Virus record (IMG/VR): IMGVR_UViG_3300030328_002321
Coordinates: 1-64,000 of that record
Source of the DNA: a virus
Reading direction: 5' to 3' (one strand)
Length of the DNA: 64,000 nucleotides
In this document: positions 46,850 through 57,885 of the stretch, one piece after another
Layout of the letters: the number at the start of each line of letters is the position of its first letter
Numbering within the stretch: position 1 is the first letter of the stretch
Made by a program: the position numbers and the translations under genes
Notes under the pieces: generated by a model
Told to the model about the DNA's origin: nothing
Databases searched by the model: none
What the model saw: only the letters and a program-made list of their open reading frames with translations

Positions 46850-47413
46850 TTACTCTTTTATTTTTATTTCTATATCATGTGGAGCATATTCATTCCCCCC
46901 AAAATATGGATATAAATAGTACCGCCTTATTAAACCCCAATAACCTTCTGGTCTTCTTCTAACCATTGTAGTATCACCATCTATAATTATAACATAGTAA
47001 AATGTTGTTATATCTATTACCGCATTATAAATTACATTTGGTTCTATAGTTCTTATTGTGGCAGAACTGTGTCTACCTTCTTCGTGCCTCAACCAACAAA
47101 GCTCTAATTCATTATTTAAATACCTCCAACCAAGACGTATAGAATAGTTTTGATGTCTTACACCAAAATCACTCATGCCGTATATTTTATTTACATCGTG
47201 TTGGTTTTCTGGGATCTCTGAAGTATAGATTGCAGATTCAGTTAATATAAAATCAAATTTTATTTTTGAATTAGTAGGATGACCAATAAAAGAACCAGAA
47301 CTATGCTTGCCTTGCGGTATAGTATAAGTTCTAAACCCTAAATCATCTACCTCTTTTTTACACGATGTAAAAGTTAAAATGAATACTAACGCTAATCTAA
47401 CGTAGTAAACCAT
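46850..47413 (-). CDS. Lipoprotein with a beta-sandwich (lectin/LamG-like) domain
   Basis: Lipobox FTSC followed by KKE; YLYPYFGGN motif. Confidence 0.6.
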   Translation of the reverse strand: MVYYVRLALVFILTFTSCKKEVDDLGFRTYTIPQGKHSSGSFIGHPTNSKIKFDFILTESAIYTSEIPENQHDVNKIYGMSDFGVRHQNYSIRLGWRYLNNELELCWLRHEEGRHSSATIRTIEPNVIYNAVIDITTFYYVIIIDGDTTMVRRRPEGYWGLIRRYYLYPYFGGNEYAPHDIEIKIKE

Positions 47414-50400
47414 TTATATGCTTCTTGTGGTGTTTGTGATTTAGTTAGTCCCCTAAATATAGGTAATAAGTCTTCAAAATCTTTTCTTATCTTACGATCT
47501 CCTTTTTCGTATCTACCTGTCTTTCTTTGATAAAAAATTTCTTTTTGGTCCCCTAGCCCTATTGCATATGCTCCTTCACTTAATAGTTGTGATAATAATT
47601 CTCCACCTTTTAGGATTGGTCTAGCTGTTGCTGTAGGAGACTGTAGTATTCTAAATGCTTCTTTTGTACCTACCAGCGGTGTCCATTGCATAATTTCTGT
47701 TTCATATCTTTTAGCTTGGTATAGTGCAAAATTAGATAGCCATGTTTCATCTTCATCGTCGAGATCTGCTAAGAATCCTACTAACACCATAGCTCCTAAT
47801 AAAGATGATAGTTCTACTGCAGTTCTTTTAACGTTTTGCTGTTCCATTTCAGTCATTCTGTTATAAGCAAAAGACTTATCTTCTATACTTTCTTGTATAA
47901 GATTCCAAAAAGATACATACATACCTTGTGTAACTGCTCCAAGTTCTTCGTCTATATGTATAGTAGAACCTCCTAGGCCCCCATGTCCGTATCTTCTTCT
48001 AAATCCAGGTACCATCCAGTTACGGAATAACATAAACAATTTACCCCACCATCTTCTTTGTAGCATGTTAGTATGCATTTTACTCTTTATCTGGTTAGTT
48101 CTTCTACTTAATCCTTGCAGTTTCATTATAAAATCTAATCTACTAAAGTTAGCTACTCTAGGATCTACAGACATTTTACCTGTCTTTTCATCTATTATAA
48201 GTAAATCATATAAATTAGCCGGTTTACCATTTTCATTCATAATAACATTTCCGTCACTGTCTTCTAATTTACCTTCTAAATTTTTCATTAATGCTAGCAT
48301 TCTTGTAGCAGATAATTCATGTTCAGCAGCTTGTTGTAAAAATAATAGATTACCACTACTTGCAAGTTTTCTAGTTTTACCACCAACAATTTGATTGCCT
48401 TCAGTGTCTGTAAATTCTGTCAATGCATCAAAAAATTCTACTGCTTTTCCTATTTTACTTTTTGGATCAAATCTACCTATATCTGTAACAGCCATCCCTG
48501 AACTCCAATATTCTCCTTTAGCCCATGCAAGATCTCCTTTTGACATAAATTGTCCCGCAACACTTTCTTGCATCATCATCATATTATCTAATATAGACTG
48601 GTTAGCACCTTGTAATAAGTTAAAAGATAAAGTACTTATTGCAGTAAAAGCATTTAACGTTCCTACTGCTTCATTAGCAGAAAATGTTTTACCAAATACT
48701 GTAAAGTCTTTTTGTAGATTAGTTTGTCCAAACATTACAGAATCAAGCCATTCTTGTACATGTTTAAAATTATAACTTTCTCCTTCTTTTAATTTAGCCA
48801 GAGGTATACCCATCTGCTTTGCGGCTTTTTGTAGTATTTGTATTCCTGCAGAGTTAGTTTCTAAAGTTTTTCTATTTTTTAAAATATCTTGGAAAAGCAT
48901 AACCTGTCCAACAATTTCACTTTTAGCTTTAAAATTGTGTGCCATATGTCTAAATCTATACAAACTACTAGCAACATCTTTAGAAACTTCCGAAGCTGGT
49001 ACTCTATTAACTGCATAAATTGGGACCCTTTTTTCTACATCTCTATTATTTTCATTATAAGTATAATAATCATGATTAGTGTCCTGTATAGTAAATCCAT
49101 CCTTTAGTTTATCATCTATTGTATTCCAAATACCTTTTTCTTTTAATCTATCAACATCTTCTTTTCTATACGTTGGCATTAAATACGAGTATTTGTCCCA
49201 CCCATTTTTATCCATTTGCTTAAGGCCAATCATTCTTTGCGCTGTTTGAAACTCTTGTATTATAAAGTCATAGTATTCTTTTAGTCTAGGATCATTTTGG
49301 ATAGCTGTATATCTTTCGTTTGTATATTTAGAAACTTTAGGTCTAATCCAATCCCCAGCTGGTTTCTCATTTATAAGATTTTTATTTAAAATTCCTTCTA
49401 ATGTATTTTTACGAGTACGCGCATTTGCTAAAGCTTCTGATGTAAGATCTTTTTTAGCTTTTAATTCTGAAATAATGCTAGCTTGTATTTTAATTTCTTT
49501 TTTTATTTGATCACGCTCTTTTTGCCATCCCGGAATAGGTTCTGTATTTTCTTGGTTCCATTCAGATAATTTTTGGTAATATCTACCTCCTTTAGACTCA
49601 TTATTTCCCCAACTGTTTAAATCTTTCTTAAAAGATGCATAATTAACTTCTCCTTTATCATTAGTATAATCTTCTTTTCTAGGAATACCATATTGTTCTC
49701 CTAATCTAATTTTTTCTTCTTCTAAATCTTTATAATATCTTTCACTGTCAATTGGATTAACTAGTGCTAATCTTTTCATACCATTTACTTCTACAACTTC
49801 TAAAACTGGATCATTTAACTCTTCTACATTTGACTCATTTTGACCGGCTGCAAATCTTTCATATATAGGTGCTAACTTAGATTTTAAATCTAATGTCATA
49901 TCGTTTGATTCTAAATTAGCTTGCTGTACTGCTTTAACTAATAACTGTATTCCTCGATCACTAGAGTATACAATTGGATCAAAATAATAAGAAGCGGCAC
50001 TTTTATCTTTATGCGCAGCTCTTAGTTCAACAACAAGATCTTTATAGTTTTTAAGGTCTTTTTGTTTTAATTGTTCAATATATAATTTTGATTTCTTAAG
50101 TTTAAATTCTTCTTTTGTAAATTCTCCCTTTCTATATCTATCTTGAAGTTCTATATACTTTAAATCCGTTGGATCAATTCCTTTAGATCTAGTAAATTCT
50201 CTTGCATTATCTATCTTTTTTTGTATATCTGCTGATAAATCTTTATGTGTAAATCCAATTAAACTTTGCGCTAACATAGGAAGAACGTTATCACTAAATT
50301 CAAGATCTAGTGATTTTGCTTCGTCTAAAATTGCATTTACTCTTTCTTCTAAAGTATTAAACTTTTCTATAGAACGTATCTCATCTGCAGATTTTTTTGC

Positions 50401-51813
50401 TTTTCTTCTTTTAGTAATTAATAAATCTTTTATACTTTGAAACATTTCTAAACTATCTAATTGTTTCTTAAGCTCCCACATTTTTTGTAGATTTTGTGTA
50501 GTACCTCTTTCATCTTCAGGTATTGACATAATCTCTTCATACTTACGTTCTGTTCTATTGAAAGCATCTCCCATAGCATTTACAAGATCTAATAAATCTT
50601 CTACTTGTGAAACTCTTGTTAAACTATTTTCTAGTCTTCGTAATGTTGTTAATTGATCTTCATCAATTTGATCTTCAGGTAATTTTTGTAATTCAAATAA
50701 CTCTTGTTTTATTCTAACACGAGCATTGTCAACTAATTCTTGTAGCTTGATTTCTTCTTTACTAGCTTGAACATACGGACTTAAAGGATTTATCATACCT
50801 TCAGCTCTTAATTTTCCTGCAAACATTTCTTCTGCAAGTATTGCAGCTGTATTAGGACTAACTCCAAATAATTTACCTATAGCTCTAAATAATTTATTAA
50901 GTAATCTTTGTAGCTTGTTAGGATTTTTTCTAACAATTTTAGCTCCTTCTAGTCCAATTGCAGTAGCTAATACTTCTTTATCTAACATTTCTCCTTGTAA
51001 TTCAGGATACCTTTGCTCTACTTGTTTATATAAATCTGTATCTCTTAGTTCTAGTATAGCTTGCGCAACAACAGGATCACTTACACCTAATAAATCTATG
51101 TATATATGTCCAAACTCATGATATGTTGTATCTTTTTTAACTTTTTCTGGATTAATTCTTATTGTAGGATTTTGGCCTTCTACATAAGCATCAACTTGTC
51201 CAATATTCTCTATACTAGTATCAAATTCTACTTCAACTGTAATTCCTGCTTTAGCAAATGATTCTTGTAATTCTCCCGCTACTCTATATGCATTTTTAAG
51301 TTCTTCCTCTTCTAAGTTAGAAAATTTACTATTACTAGTATTTTCTCTTCTTGCTAATTCATCTAAAAATGCATCATCACGTTCTGCTCCTGGGACTTGT
51401 TCTGGAGCTACAAACCTTAAGTACTGATCTATTTCTGTTTGATTATCACTAGTAATATCTGCATTATTTGGACCTTCAGCAGGTATCTCTTTTAAAAGCG
51501 CTTCATTTATAGTTAATACATGTAACTCTGCCGCTGGAGAATAAATTGTTTGAGGAGTCATTTTTACATACTCTGTAGAAATTAATCCTGGATACTTATT
51601 ATTTATTCTTTTAATATCTCTAAGCGCAGATCTAAAATTACTTTGTTGTACATAAATTGTACCTTTATGTTTTTTAGTAGCTATATTATGGTCTCTTAAT
51701 ATTCTATGTAGATTGTTTACAGTTTTCTTTTCTGGCGCAGTAGTATCCATATACCCAAATAAATCTGTGTATAATTTACTTTCAACTCCGTTTAAATAAT
51801 ATTTACATGCCAT
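47392..51813 (-). CDS. Giant virion (ejected) protein with a zincin-like HExxH domain
   Basis: TTYHEFGHIY...EVLATAIG; next to the virion RNAP as in crAss-like phages. Confidence 0.7.
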   Translation of the reverse strand: MACKYYLNGVESKLYTDLFGYMDTTAPEKKTVNNLHRILRDHNIATKKHKGTIYVQQSNFRSALRDIKRINNKYPGLISTEYVKMTPQTIYSPAAELHVLTINEALLKEIPAEGPNNADITSDNQTEIDQYLRFVAPEQVPGAERDDAFLDELARRENTSNSKFSNLEEEELKNAYRVAGELQESFAKAGITVEVEFDTSIENIGQVDAYVEGQNPTIRINPEKVKKDTTYHEFGHIYIDLLGVSDPVVAQAILELRDTDLYKQVEQRYPELQGEMLDKEVLATAIGLEGAKIVRKNPNKLQRLLNKLFRAIGKLFGVSPNTAAILAEEMFAGKLRAEGMINPLSPYVQASKEEIKLQELVDNARVRIKQELFELQKLPEDQIDEDQLTTLRRLENSLTRVSQVEDLLDLVNAMGDAFNRTERKYEEIMSIPEDERGTTQNLQKMWELKKQLDSLEMFQSIKDLLITKRRKAKKSADEIRSIEKFNTLEERVNAILDEAKSLDLEFSDNVLPMLAQSLIGFTHKDLSADIQKKIDNAREFTRSKGIDPTDLKYIELQDRYRKGEFTKEEFKLKKSKLYIEQLKQKDLKNYKDLVVELRAAHKDKSAASYYFDPIVYSSDRGIQLLVKAVQQANLESNDMTLDLKSKLAPIYERFAAGQNESNVEELNDPVLEVVEVNGMKRLALVNPIDSERYYKDLEEEKIRLGEQYGIPRKEDYTNDKGEVNYASFKKDLNSWGNNESKGGRYYQKLSEWNQENTEPIPGWQKERDQIKKEIKIQASIISELKAKKDLTSEALANARTRKNTLEGILNKNLINEKPAGDWIRPKVSKYTNERYTAIQNDPRLKEYYDFIIQEFQTAQRMIGLKQMDKNGWDKYSYLMPTYRKEDVDRLKEKGIWNTIDDKLKDGFTIQDTNHDYYTYNENNRDVEKRVPIYAVNRVPASEVSKDVASSLYRFRHMAHNFKAKSEIVGQVMLFQDILKNRKTLETNSAGIQILQKAAKQMGIPLAKLKEGESYNFKHVQEWLDSVMFGQTNLQKDFTVFGKTFSANEAVGTLNAFTAISTLSFNLLQGANQSILDNMMMMQESVAGQFMSKGDLAWAKGEYWSSGMAVTDIGRFDPKSKIGKAVEFFDALTEFTDTEGNQIVGGKTRKLASSGNLLFLQQAAEHELSATRMLALMKNLEGKLEDSDGNVIMNENGKPANLYDLLIIDEKTGKMSVDPRVANFSRLDFIMKLQGLSRRTNQIKSKMHTNMLQRRWWGKLFMLFRNWMVPGFRRRYGHGGLGGSTIHIDEELGAVTQGMYVSFWNLIQESIEDKSFAYNRMTEMEQQNVKRTAVELSSLLGAMVLVGFLADLDDEDETWLSNFALYQAKRYETEIMQWTPLVGTKEAFRILQSPTATARPILKGGELLSQLLSEGAYAIGLGDQKEIFYQRKTGRYEKGDRKIRKDFEDLLPIFRGLTKSQTPQEAYKWFTTLD

Positions 51814-51816
51814 ATA

Positions 51817-54800
51817 TTAACACTTTTTAATTATTGTATCTCCTTCTTCTACTTTTTGATCTTCTGTTTGCTGTTCAAAGAAAAAAGTATTTGGTAATCT
51901 TTCTGTGTTGGTAGCACTTAGATTAAAATCAAAGACACTTTTATTTTCTATTTTTGTTGTTCCTACTTCTAAAAGTTTATTAGGAACTCCTAAAGGTGAT
52001 AATTGTTGATAGGTAGAATCTCCTATATATACATACAATAAATCAGTTCCTTTTGCATTAAAATATTGTAAATATCTTCCACCTGTAAATACTTTAGGAT
52101 CTTCTGGGCTAAACTGTACCTTTCCTTCTGCTACATCTCTTGCCTTTATTTTTACTGCAGGTACAATAGGTTTTCCACCAATTAGTCTAGTACCATAGTT
52201 TCTTACAAACTCGTGTGTAAAGTTACTAAAACCTGAGTAATTAGGATCAACTAATTGCTGAATTTCTTGTTCAAAAAATTCTACAGGTGAGCCTTGGCCC
52301 GGATTTAATATATCTGTTGTAAATACTTCTGATGGTATTAAGTCTATATAACTACCATATGTAGGAGAAAATCCATTTGTTAAAAATTGGTTTGCTACTA
52401 AAAGTTTTCCAAAACTACTTATTTTAGGTATTGGACTATTTATCATCATAAGTAATCCATTACTAAGTTCATTTTTATCAGCTGTAGATAAATCTGTACC
52501 AGTATCTAATATTATACGTGCTATTTTTGTTTCTGGATTAGTAGAATCTTCTCTTAATAATCTATAAAATGGATTATTATTTAGTTCTGGATATTGTAAT
52601 CCTAAAGATCTCATTAATAGTACTATGTTGTTTGGATTACTAGGAGTATATAAATTTGATATAACTCCTCTAGAAAGTAAACCTACTTTTTCTCCTCGTT
52701 CTATCATTAAAGGACTGTGCGGTTGAGTCATAATAGATAAGTTTAATGCTCTATCTATAAATTTATGTTGAGCTGCAGTAAGAATATCTATGTGTAGTGC
52801 TTCTCTAATTTTGTCTTTAGCTTCTTTAAAAGAATTGCTATTTTGTATAAAACCTAAAGTACTCATATTGTCTAGTACAATATCAAGAATTCCTCTGTAT
52901 GCAACTCCTGTGTGATTTTGTGGTTCTGAAGTTCCTTGTTGATGTAATATATAGTCTTTTGCTCCTCGTACAAGACTTTCTCTCCCTAAATAAAAAGATT
53001 CTGTGTCTAAATGATTATTAATAGAAGAGATTTCATTAAGATTATCTAGATTTCCAGGTGTAATTATTTTATTTACCTTTTGTAAATGTTTACCTGCCAT
53101 ATAAAATTTTGCAAAATTTATTAAAAGTCTATTATCAGGAATACTGTTTGATGTTAAAGAATCAAAAGTCATATTAGTTACTACTTCATCTTTCATATCT
53201 ATAGAGTCTAATAATTTATTTTCCGAAGTATCTTGTCTAAAACCATCTCTAACTAATTTTACAATTGCTGGCTGAGTTAAAAACTCTACTACTGTTGGAA
53301 TTGGTACACCAACCATTAGCATTAATCCTGCAACAGGTATTGTATATTTATTATCATTTATATCTAATTGTATAGGAGATTTTGAAGCGTCTACAGCGGC
53401 AGATAAATACTCAGAAATATTTGCATCAGTATATTTACCTTCTAAATCTTTTGTTACAATTTCAGACATTGTTACCCCATCAATAATAGGAGAAAACGTT
53501 CCTTCTATTCCTAAGACTCCTAATACTTCTGCTACATTTCTACCTGCAAGCATGTTTGACCACAGACCTCTACCTGCAATACCTACTTTGTTTCTAGTTT
53601 CCATTCGTAGTTCTGATAAAGGATCGTTATAGTCTACAGCTTTACTAGATGTAGCTAATCTATCTAGTGTAGTATTTGACACAGGAGTCATAACTTCTTC
53701 TAAATGCTTTTTATCTAAAAGTATAGTCTTAAATACATTATATATAATGTTATTTCTTTCTTGTCTTTCACTAAGTTTACCTGTTTCTTTAAATATAAGA
53801 TGTAATTTATCTATATCAAAATCACTACCTTGTTGTATAGTTAAGGCCCCAGGAACCATAATAGCTTTTTCATACTCTTGTGGTAAAAAGTCTACAACTC
53901 TAAATACCATTGCAGAGCTCTTACCTTGTTGTGGTATACGATACCCTATAAACTCTAATCTAGGATCTCCTTCAAAGTCTGCAGGTGTTGCCTCTCTAGG
54001 GTTGCCTTCTTCATCTTTAAAACTTTCTAGTTCTTTTTTTGTAAATCCAAGAGTGCTAGCTTTTATTCTTACTTCTGCTCCTCCATTACTACCATTATAC
54101 ATTTGTAGTTCTCCACTACTAGCAAATCCTCCTAGTTCTGCTACTTGTACTGCTTCTACGCCTTTTAAATTTTGATTATAAATTTCTTTACGGAATATTC
54201 CTGCAACCATTGTTTCAAACTTAGATGTAAAGTTTGGAAAACTTAGTGGTATTCTAAATTTGTAATCAAATGGACCATTAGGCACTATATCTAACCCATC
54301 TAAATAGTTTTGAGGCAGGTCTTTATCTTTAATTTCTTGTTCTATCCTACTTCTAAGTTTCTGTAAATGTTCTAACTTAGCTTCTTTATGTTCTATACTT
54401 TCTTTATTTTGTATATTTAGTACTTTAGTTATCCCTAATTCTCTTTTTACTCTTTGTGTATCTTGCTTTATGTTTTCTGCTATAGCTTCCCCAAACAGTT
54501 CTTGTAGCATAGCCCCCGATATATTCTTTCCTTCATAAGAATACATTTCATTCTGAAACACGTTAGTAATAATATTTTTTCTTATTTGTCTATTAAATAC
54601 AACCTCATTCTTTTTTTCTGTAGGTATCATTTGTGGAAACCTAAGCTTAGTAGAATCCATAACCATTGGATTAGAAGTATCTAATATTTTAGAATTTTGA
54701 AAGTCTTGTATATTAATTCTTGCTCCTTTTGTAGCAGTTTCTGTATGTACTACATGTATATTATCTTTTGATTTAAATGCTTTAAGAATTTCAGATAAAT

Positions 54801-57800
54801 ATATATCGTTTTTTGCAAGTTGTGGAGTTACTACCATATATGAATTTTTATCCATATGCATAGTACTAAGATTATCTTTTACATTTGCTTGCTCATGATA
54901 TGGCTTTAAAGGTATAACTGGTCTATTAAAATCACCACCTTCTTGGTATATTTTATATGCAGCTTCATCTAAATTCATGTCCCATTTACCCATACCCATC
55001 ATAATCCCGCGGTACATTTCTACACTAATAAAAGATTGAGCATCTGATTTAACTGTATTTGCATATAACTCAGCTAGTTCTCTTTGTAGTCCATTATTAA
55101 TTAAAGTTTGTACAAAAGCATCTGATTGTTCTCTGTCTGTATAGTTAAAATCTCTTATTACTAATGCATTATATTGTGGCATCATACCATACTGCGTATT
55201 GTTTTGATCAAAACCTTGTATAGCTAGTTTGTTTCCAGGTGTATTTACAAGCCCCATACGCTTATAAAAATCTGCATCGTTTTTTGCAAATGAATATCCA
55301 CCTCTTATAAATTTAGTTATTTCTATTCTACTTACAAAGTCTTGAAAAACAAATTCTTTTATAAACTCACGTTGAGTATTGTTACTATTTAGATCATTAC
55401 TAACATCTTGTTGTAAATTAATATTATATTCTTTTATAGCTTCCTCTAGTTGAGTTTCATACTCTTTTAGTTTGCCTTTAACATATTGAACCTGTTCTGC
55501 TAATAATTTATTAAATGCTCTTAAATCTGTTTTATTTGTATCTACGTTTGGATCATTCTTACTTAAAAAATTCTCTAGTAAACTAGACATTCTATCACCA
55601 TTTACTTCTATATCTTGTAGTCCATATATTTGTGTCATAGTAAAAGCAGAACCATCTGCAGCATAAGGAGAACTTCCTTTTTTATAATGATAACCTTCTA
55701 TTAACTTTGAAAAATTATCTTCTTTTCTAGCTTGTTGTATTTGTTTATGTGCTTGGTCTATTCTAGCAAGATCTTGTATTATAAGTGCTTCTATTATTTC
55801 ATCATTTTTTAAAGTAATTCCAAATTGTTTTAGTTTATTTATTTTAGCTATTTGTGTAAAACTTAAATTTGGACGATCCGCTTGTATGTGTAAAGCAGAT
55901 AAAGAAAAATTACTACCTTTATTTAAAAATCCTATAAGTCTTCCTACTAAAGAATCTCTAGAATTTTGATCTTCATAGTCTTTGGCTTTAAATGTGTTTG
56001 ATTTATATGAGTCTAATATGTAATTTACAAAATTTTCTTTAGCATTTCCTTTAGACGTTAGTAAAGTTTGAAGTAATAAAGATCTATATTTATTGTTTTC
56101 AGGTCTATTATCAGGTACAAATAAAGGGTCTTTTTGTAAATTGTTTAAATAGCTATTTAATTCTTCTCTTTGTTGAGGATCATTAATTAATTCGACAAGT
56201 TCATCTAAAGAAGTTGGTGTGTTAATAGGATAGTAAGCTTTGTTTGTACCGCTAATAAAAGTTCCAAAAGGTTTACTGTCAAATAGTATAGACAATTCAG
56301 CAAGTTTTTTAATTATAGTAGTTTCTTCTATATGAAAGTTTTCATTAGGTGCATTTTCTAAATATAATAAGAGTTTACCTAAATTTTGATTAGGGCTAAA
56401 CACAAGCTCAGAAAAAAGATCTCTTCCAGTAAGTCCTACTTCATTACCATTTTCATAATATAGTTTTAAATTTTCTCTTGTAGAGTCTAGAGTAGGTCCA
56501 TAGTTTATTCCTAATTCCCATAAATATGTTCCTAAAGCATCTATTTGTGCATCGCTCCATTCAGATAAACTACCTTGCGCTTGTTTTACAACATTCCAAG
56601 CATTTTTAATACGGTCTAGTTTTTCAGGTTTAACTGTAAGCACTCCATTAATTTCTTTATATGGAGCTCTTTGGTTTTCTGTTATATATTCTACAGAATT
56701 ATTTCTAAAATCTTTTTGAGATCTTTTTGTAACACTACTTTGATTAGAATTAATAATTAAGTTTTTAAAAGAACCGTCTTCTTGTTTTACTTTTTTAAAC
56801 ATTACAAATGTTTTATAAGTATTTTTAAAAGCTGTAAATATAGCAGCCTTTTGTCCTGAATTTAATCCTACTAGTCTTTCTGTAATTGCTTTTACTTCAG
56901 GTTTGTATACTGAATAATAATCTAGCTTAGATACCATAGCTTCAAAATTTGGTTGGCCAACCGCTGCTTCTGAGATAATAGCTACTACTCTAGATAAAGG
57001 AAGAGTTTCAGGGTATCCTAAAATGTTAGTTCCTACTTTAATATTTGTTAAAATGCTTTTAGCTCTAGAAGATAGTTTCTTTTTAGGATCTTCTTGTACT
57101 TTAGATATATTATAGACTCTTATAAACTCTTCGTCTATTTCTTCTATAAGAGAACTTTCATCTCTTATTTTTAAATTTTGTGAAGATAAACTGTCTTTTA
57201 AAAGGTCCTGTACTCCTACTGTTTGTATATTTCCTAATGCATCATATTTAGTGTCCCATTGATCGTATGCACTTACAAAAACATCCCAACTTTGCCCTAA
57301 TTCTATATTTTCATCTTCTATCTTTTTTATAAATTTATCATAGCCGTTTTCTCCTGATGTTAGAGTGTCATACAATTCTTTTGCTTTTTCTATAGTAATA
57401 CTATTATTAAATGCTGCTAGCAAAGTTTTGTTTTTTATAGCAGTAATTAAATTACCACCCATTTTATATCCTACTTTTGTCTGTATACTATTTGCAAATC
57501 CCACTAAAGTATTTAGCAGTGCAGATTGTATCTCCATATTTTCTTTTTCAGATCTATTTAAATCAAGAATTTTATTTTTTTGTTTATTTGCTAAAGCTAC
57601 ATAAAATGATTTTTGCTCAATATTTATAAACTCGTATGTACCTATACCCTGAAATAATTTAGGCTCATTATTTTCATCTAAGTTATTAGAAAATTGTTCT
57701 ATTTGAGTTATACCTTCTTTTTCAAAGTCAAATTTATAAAACTTTTTAAACTCTTCTCCATATATACTTTCATACACAGCTTCTGCTTGTGCATTAGATC

Positions 57801-57885
57801 CTAAAGCATCTCTTAAATCTTTTAAAAGTTTTGAATCTTTACCATTAGGTAATATGGCTCTACCGTTTTCTATTCTACAACTCAT
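51817..57885 (-). CDS. Virion-packaged RNA polymerase (crAss-like, two-barrel)
   Basis: 2022 aa; DFYKR, SDAQ, GYRIPQQGKSS and catalytic GSDFDIDK (about 53804-53829), SAAVDASK. Confidence 0.92.
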   Translation of the reverse strand: MSCRIENGRAILPNGKDSKLLKDLRDALGSNAQAEAVYESIYGEEFKKFYKFDFEKEGITQIEQFSNNLDENNEPKLFQGIGTYEFINIEQKSFYVALANKQKNKILDLNRSEKENMEIQSALLNTLVGFANSIQTKVGYKMGGNLITAIKNKTLLAAFNNSITIEKAKELYDTLTSGENGYDKFIKKIEDENIELGQSWDVFVSAYDQWDTKYDALGNIQTVGVQDLLKDSLSSQNLKIRDESSLIEEIDEEFIRVYNISKVQEDPKKKLSSRAKSILTNIKVGTNILGYPETLPLSRVVAIISEAAVGQPNFEAMVSKLDYYSVYKPEVKAITERLVGLNSGQKAAIFTAFKNTYKTFVMFKKVKQEDGSFKNLIINSNQSSVTKRSQKDFRNNSVEYITENQRAPYKEINGVLTVKPEKLDRIKNAWNVVKQAQGSLSEWSDAQIDALGTYLWELGINYGPTLDSTRENLKLYYENGNEVGLTGRDLFSELVFSPNQNLGKLLLYLENAPNENFHIEETTIIKKLAELSILFDSKPFGTFISGTNKAYYPINTPTSLDELVELINDPQQREELNSYLNNLQKDPLFVPDNRPENNKYRSLLLQTLLTSKGNAKENFVNYILDSYKSNTFKAKDYEDQNSRDSLVGRLIGFLNKGSNFSLSALHIQADRPNLSFTQIAKINKLKQFGITLKNDEIIEALIIQDLARIDQAHKQIQQARKEDNFSKLIEGYHYKKGSSPYAADGSAFTMTQIYGLQDIEVNGDRMSSLLENFLSKNDPNVDTNKTDLRAFNKLLAEQVQYVKGKLKEYETQLEEAIKEYNINLQQDVSNDLNSNNTQREFIKEFVFQDFVSRIEITKFIRGGYSFAKNDADFYKRMGLVNTPGNKLAIQGFDQNNTQYGMMPQYNALVIRDFNYTDREQSDAFVQTLINNGLQRELAELYANTVKSDAQSFISVEMYRGIMMGMGKWDMNLDEAAYKIYQEGGDFNRPVIPLKPYHEQANVKDNLSTMHMDKNSYMVVTPQLAKNDIYLSEILKAFKSKDNIHVVHTETATKGARINIQDFQNSKILDTSNPMVMDSTKLRFPQMIPTEKKNEVVFNRQIRKNIITNVFQNEMYSYEGKNISGAMLQELFGEAIAENIKQDTQRVKRELGITKVLNIQNKESIEHKEAKLEHLQKLRSRIEQEIKDKDLPQNYLDGLDIVPNGPFDYKFRIPLSFPNFTSKFETMVAGIFRKEIYNQNLKGVEAVQVAELGGFASSGELQMYNGSNGGAEVRIKASTLGFTKKELESFKDEEGNPREATPADFEGDPRLEFIGYRIPQQGKSSAMVFRVVDFLPQEYEKAIMVPGALTIQQGSDFDIDKLHLIFKETGKLSERQERNNIIYNVFKTILLDKKHLEEVMTPVSNTTLDRLATSSKAVDYNDPLSELRMETRNKVGIAGRGLWSNMLAGRNVAEVLGVLGIEGTFSPIIDGVTMSEIVTKDLEGKYTDANISEYLSAAVDASKSPIQLDINDNKYTIPVAGLMLMVGVPIPTVVEFLTQPAIVKLVRDGFRQDTSENKLLDSIDMKDEVVTNMTFDSLTSNSIPDNRLLINFAKFYMAGKHLQKVNKIITPGNLDNLNEISSINNHLDTESFYLGRESLVRGAKDYILHQQGTSEPQNHTGVAYRGILDIVLDNMSTLGFIQNSNSFKEAKDKIREALHIDILTAAQHKFIDRALNLSIMTQPHSPLMIERGEKVGLLSRGVISNLYTPSNPNNIVLLMRSLGLQYPELNNNPFYRLLREDSTNPETKIARIILDTGTDLSTADKNELSNGLLMMINSPIPKISSFGKLLVANQFLTNGFSPTYGSYIDLIPSEVFTTDILNPGQGSPVEFFEQEIQQLVDPNYSGFSNFTHEFVRNYGTRLIGGKPIVPAVKIKARDVAEGKVQFSPEDPKVFTGGRYLQYFNAKGTDLLYVYIGDSTYQQLSPLGVPNKLLEVGTTKIENKSVFDFNLSATNTERLPNTFFFEQQTEDQKVEEGDTIIKKC

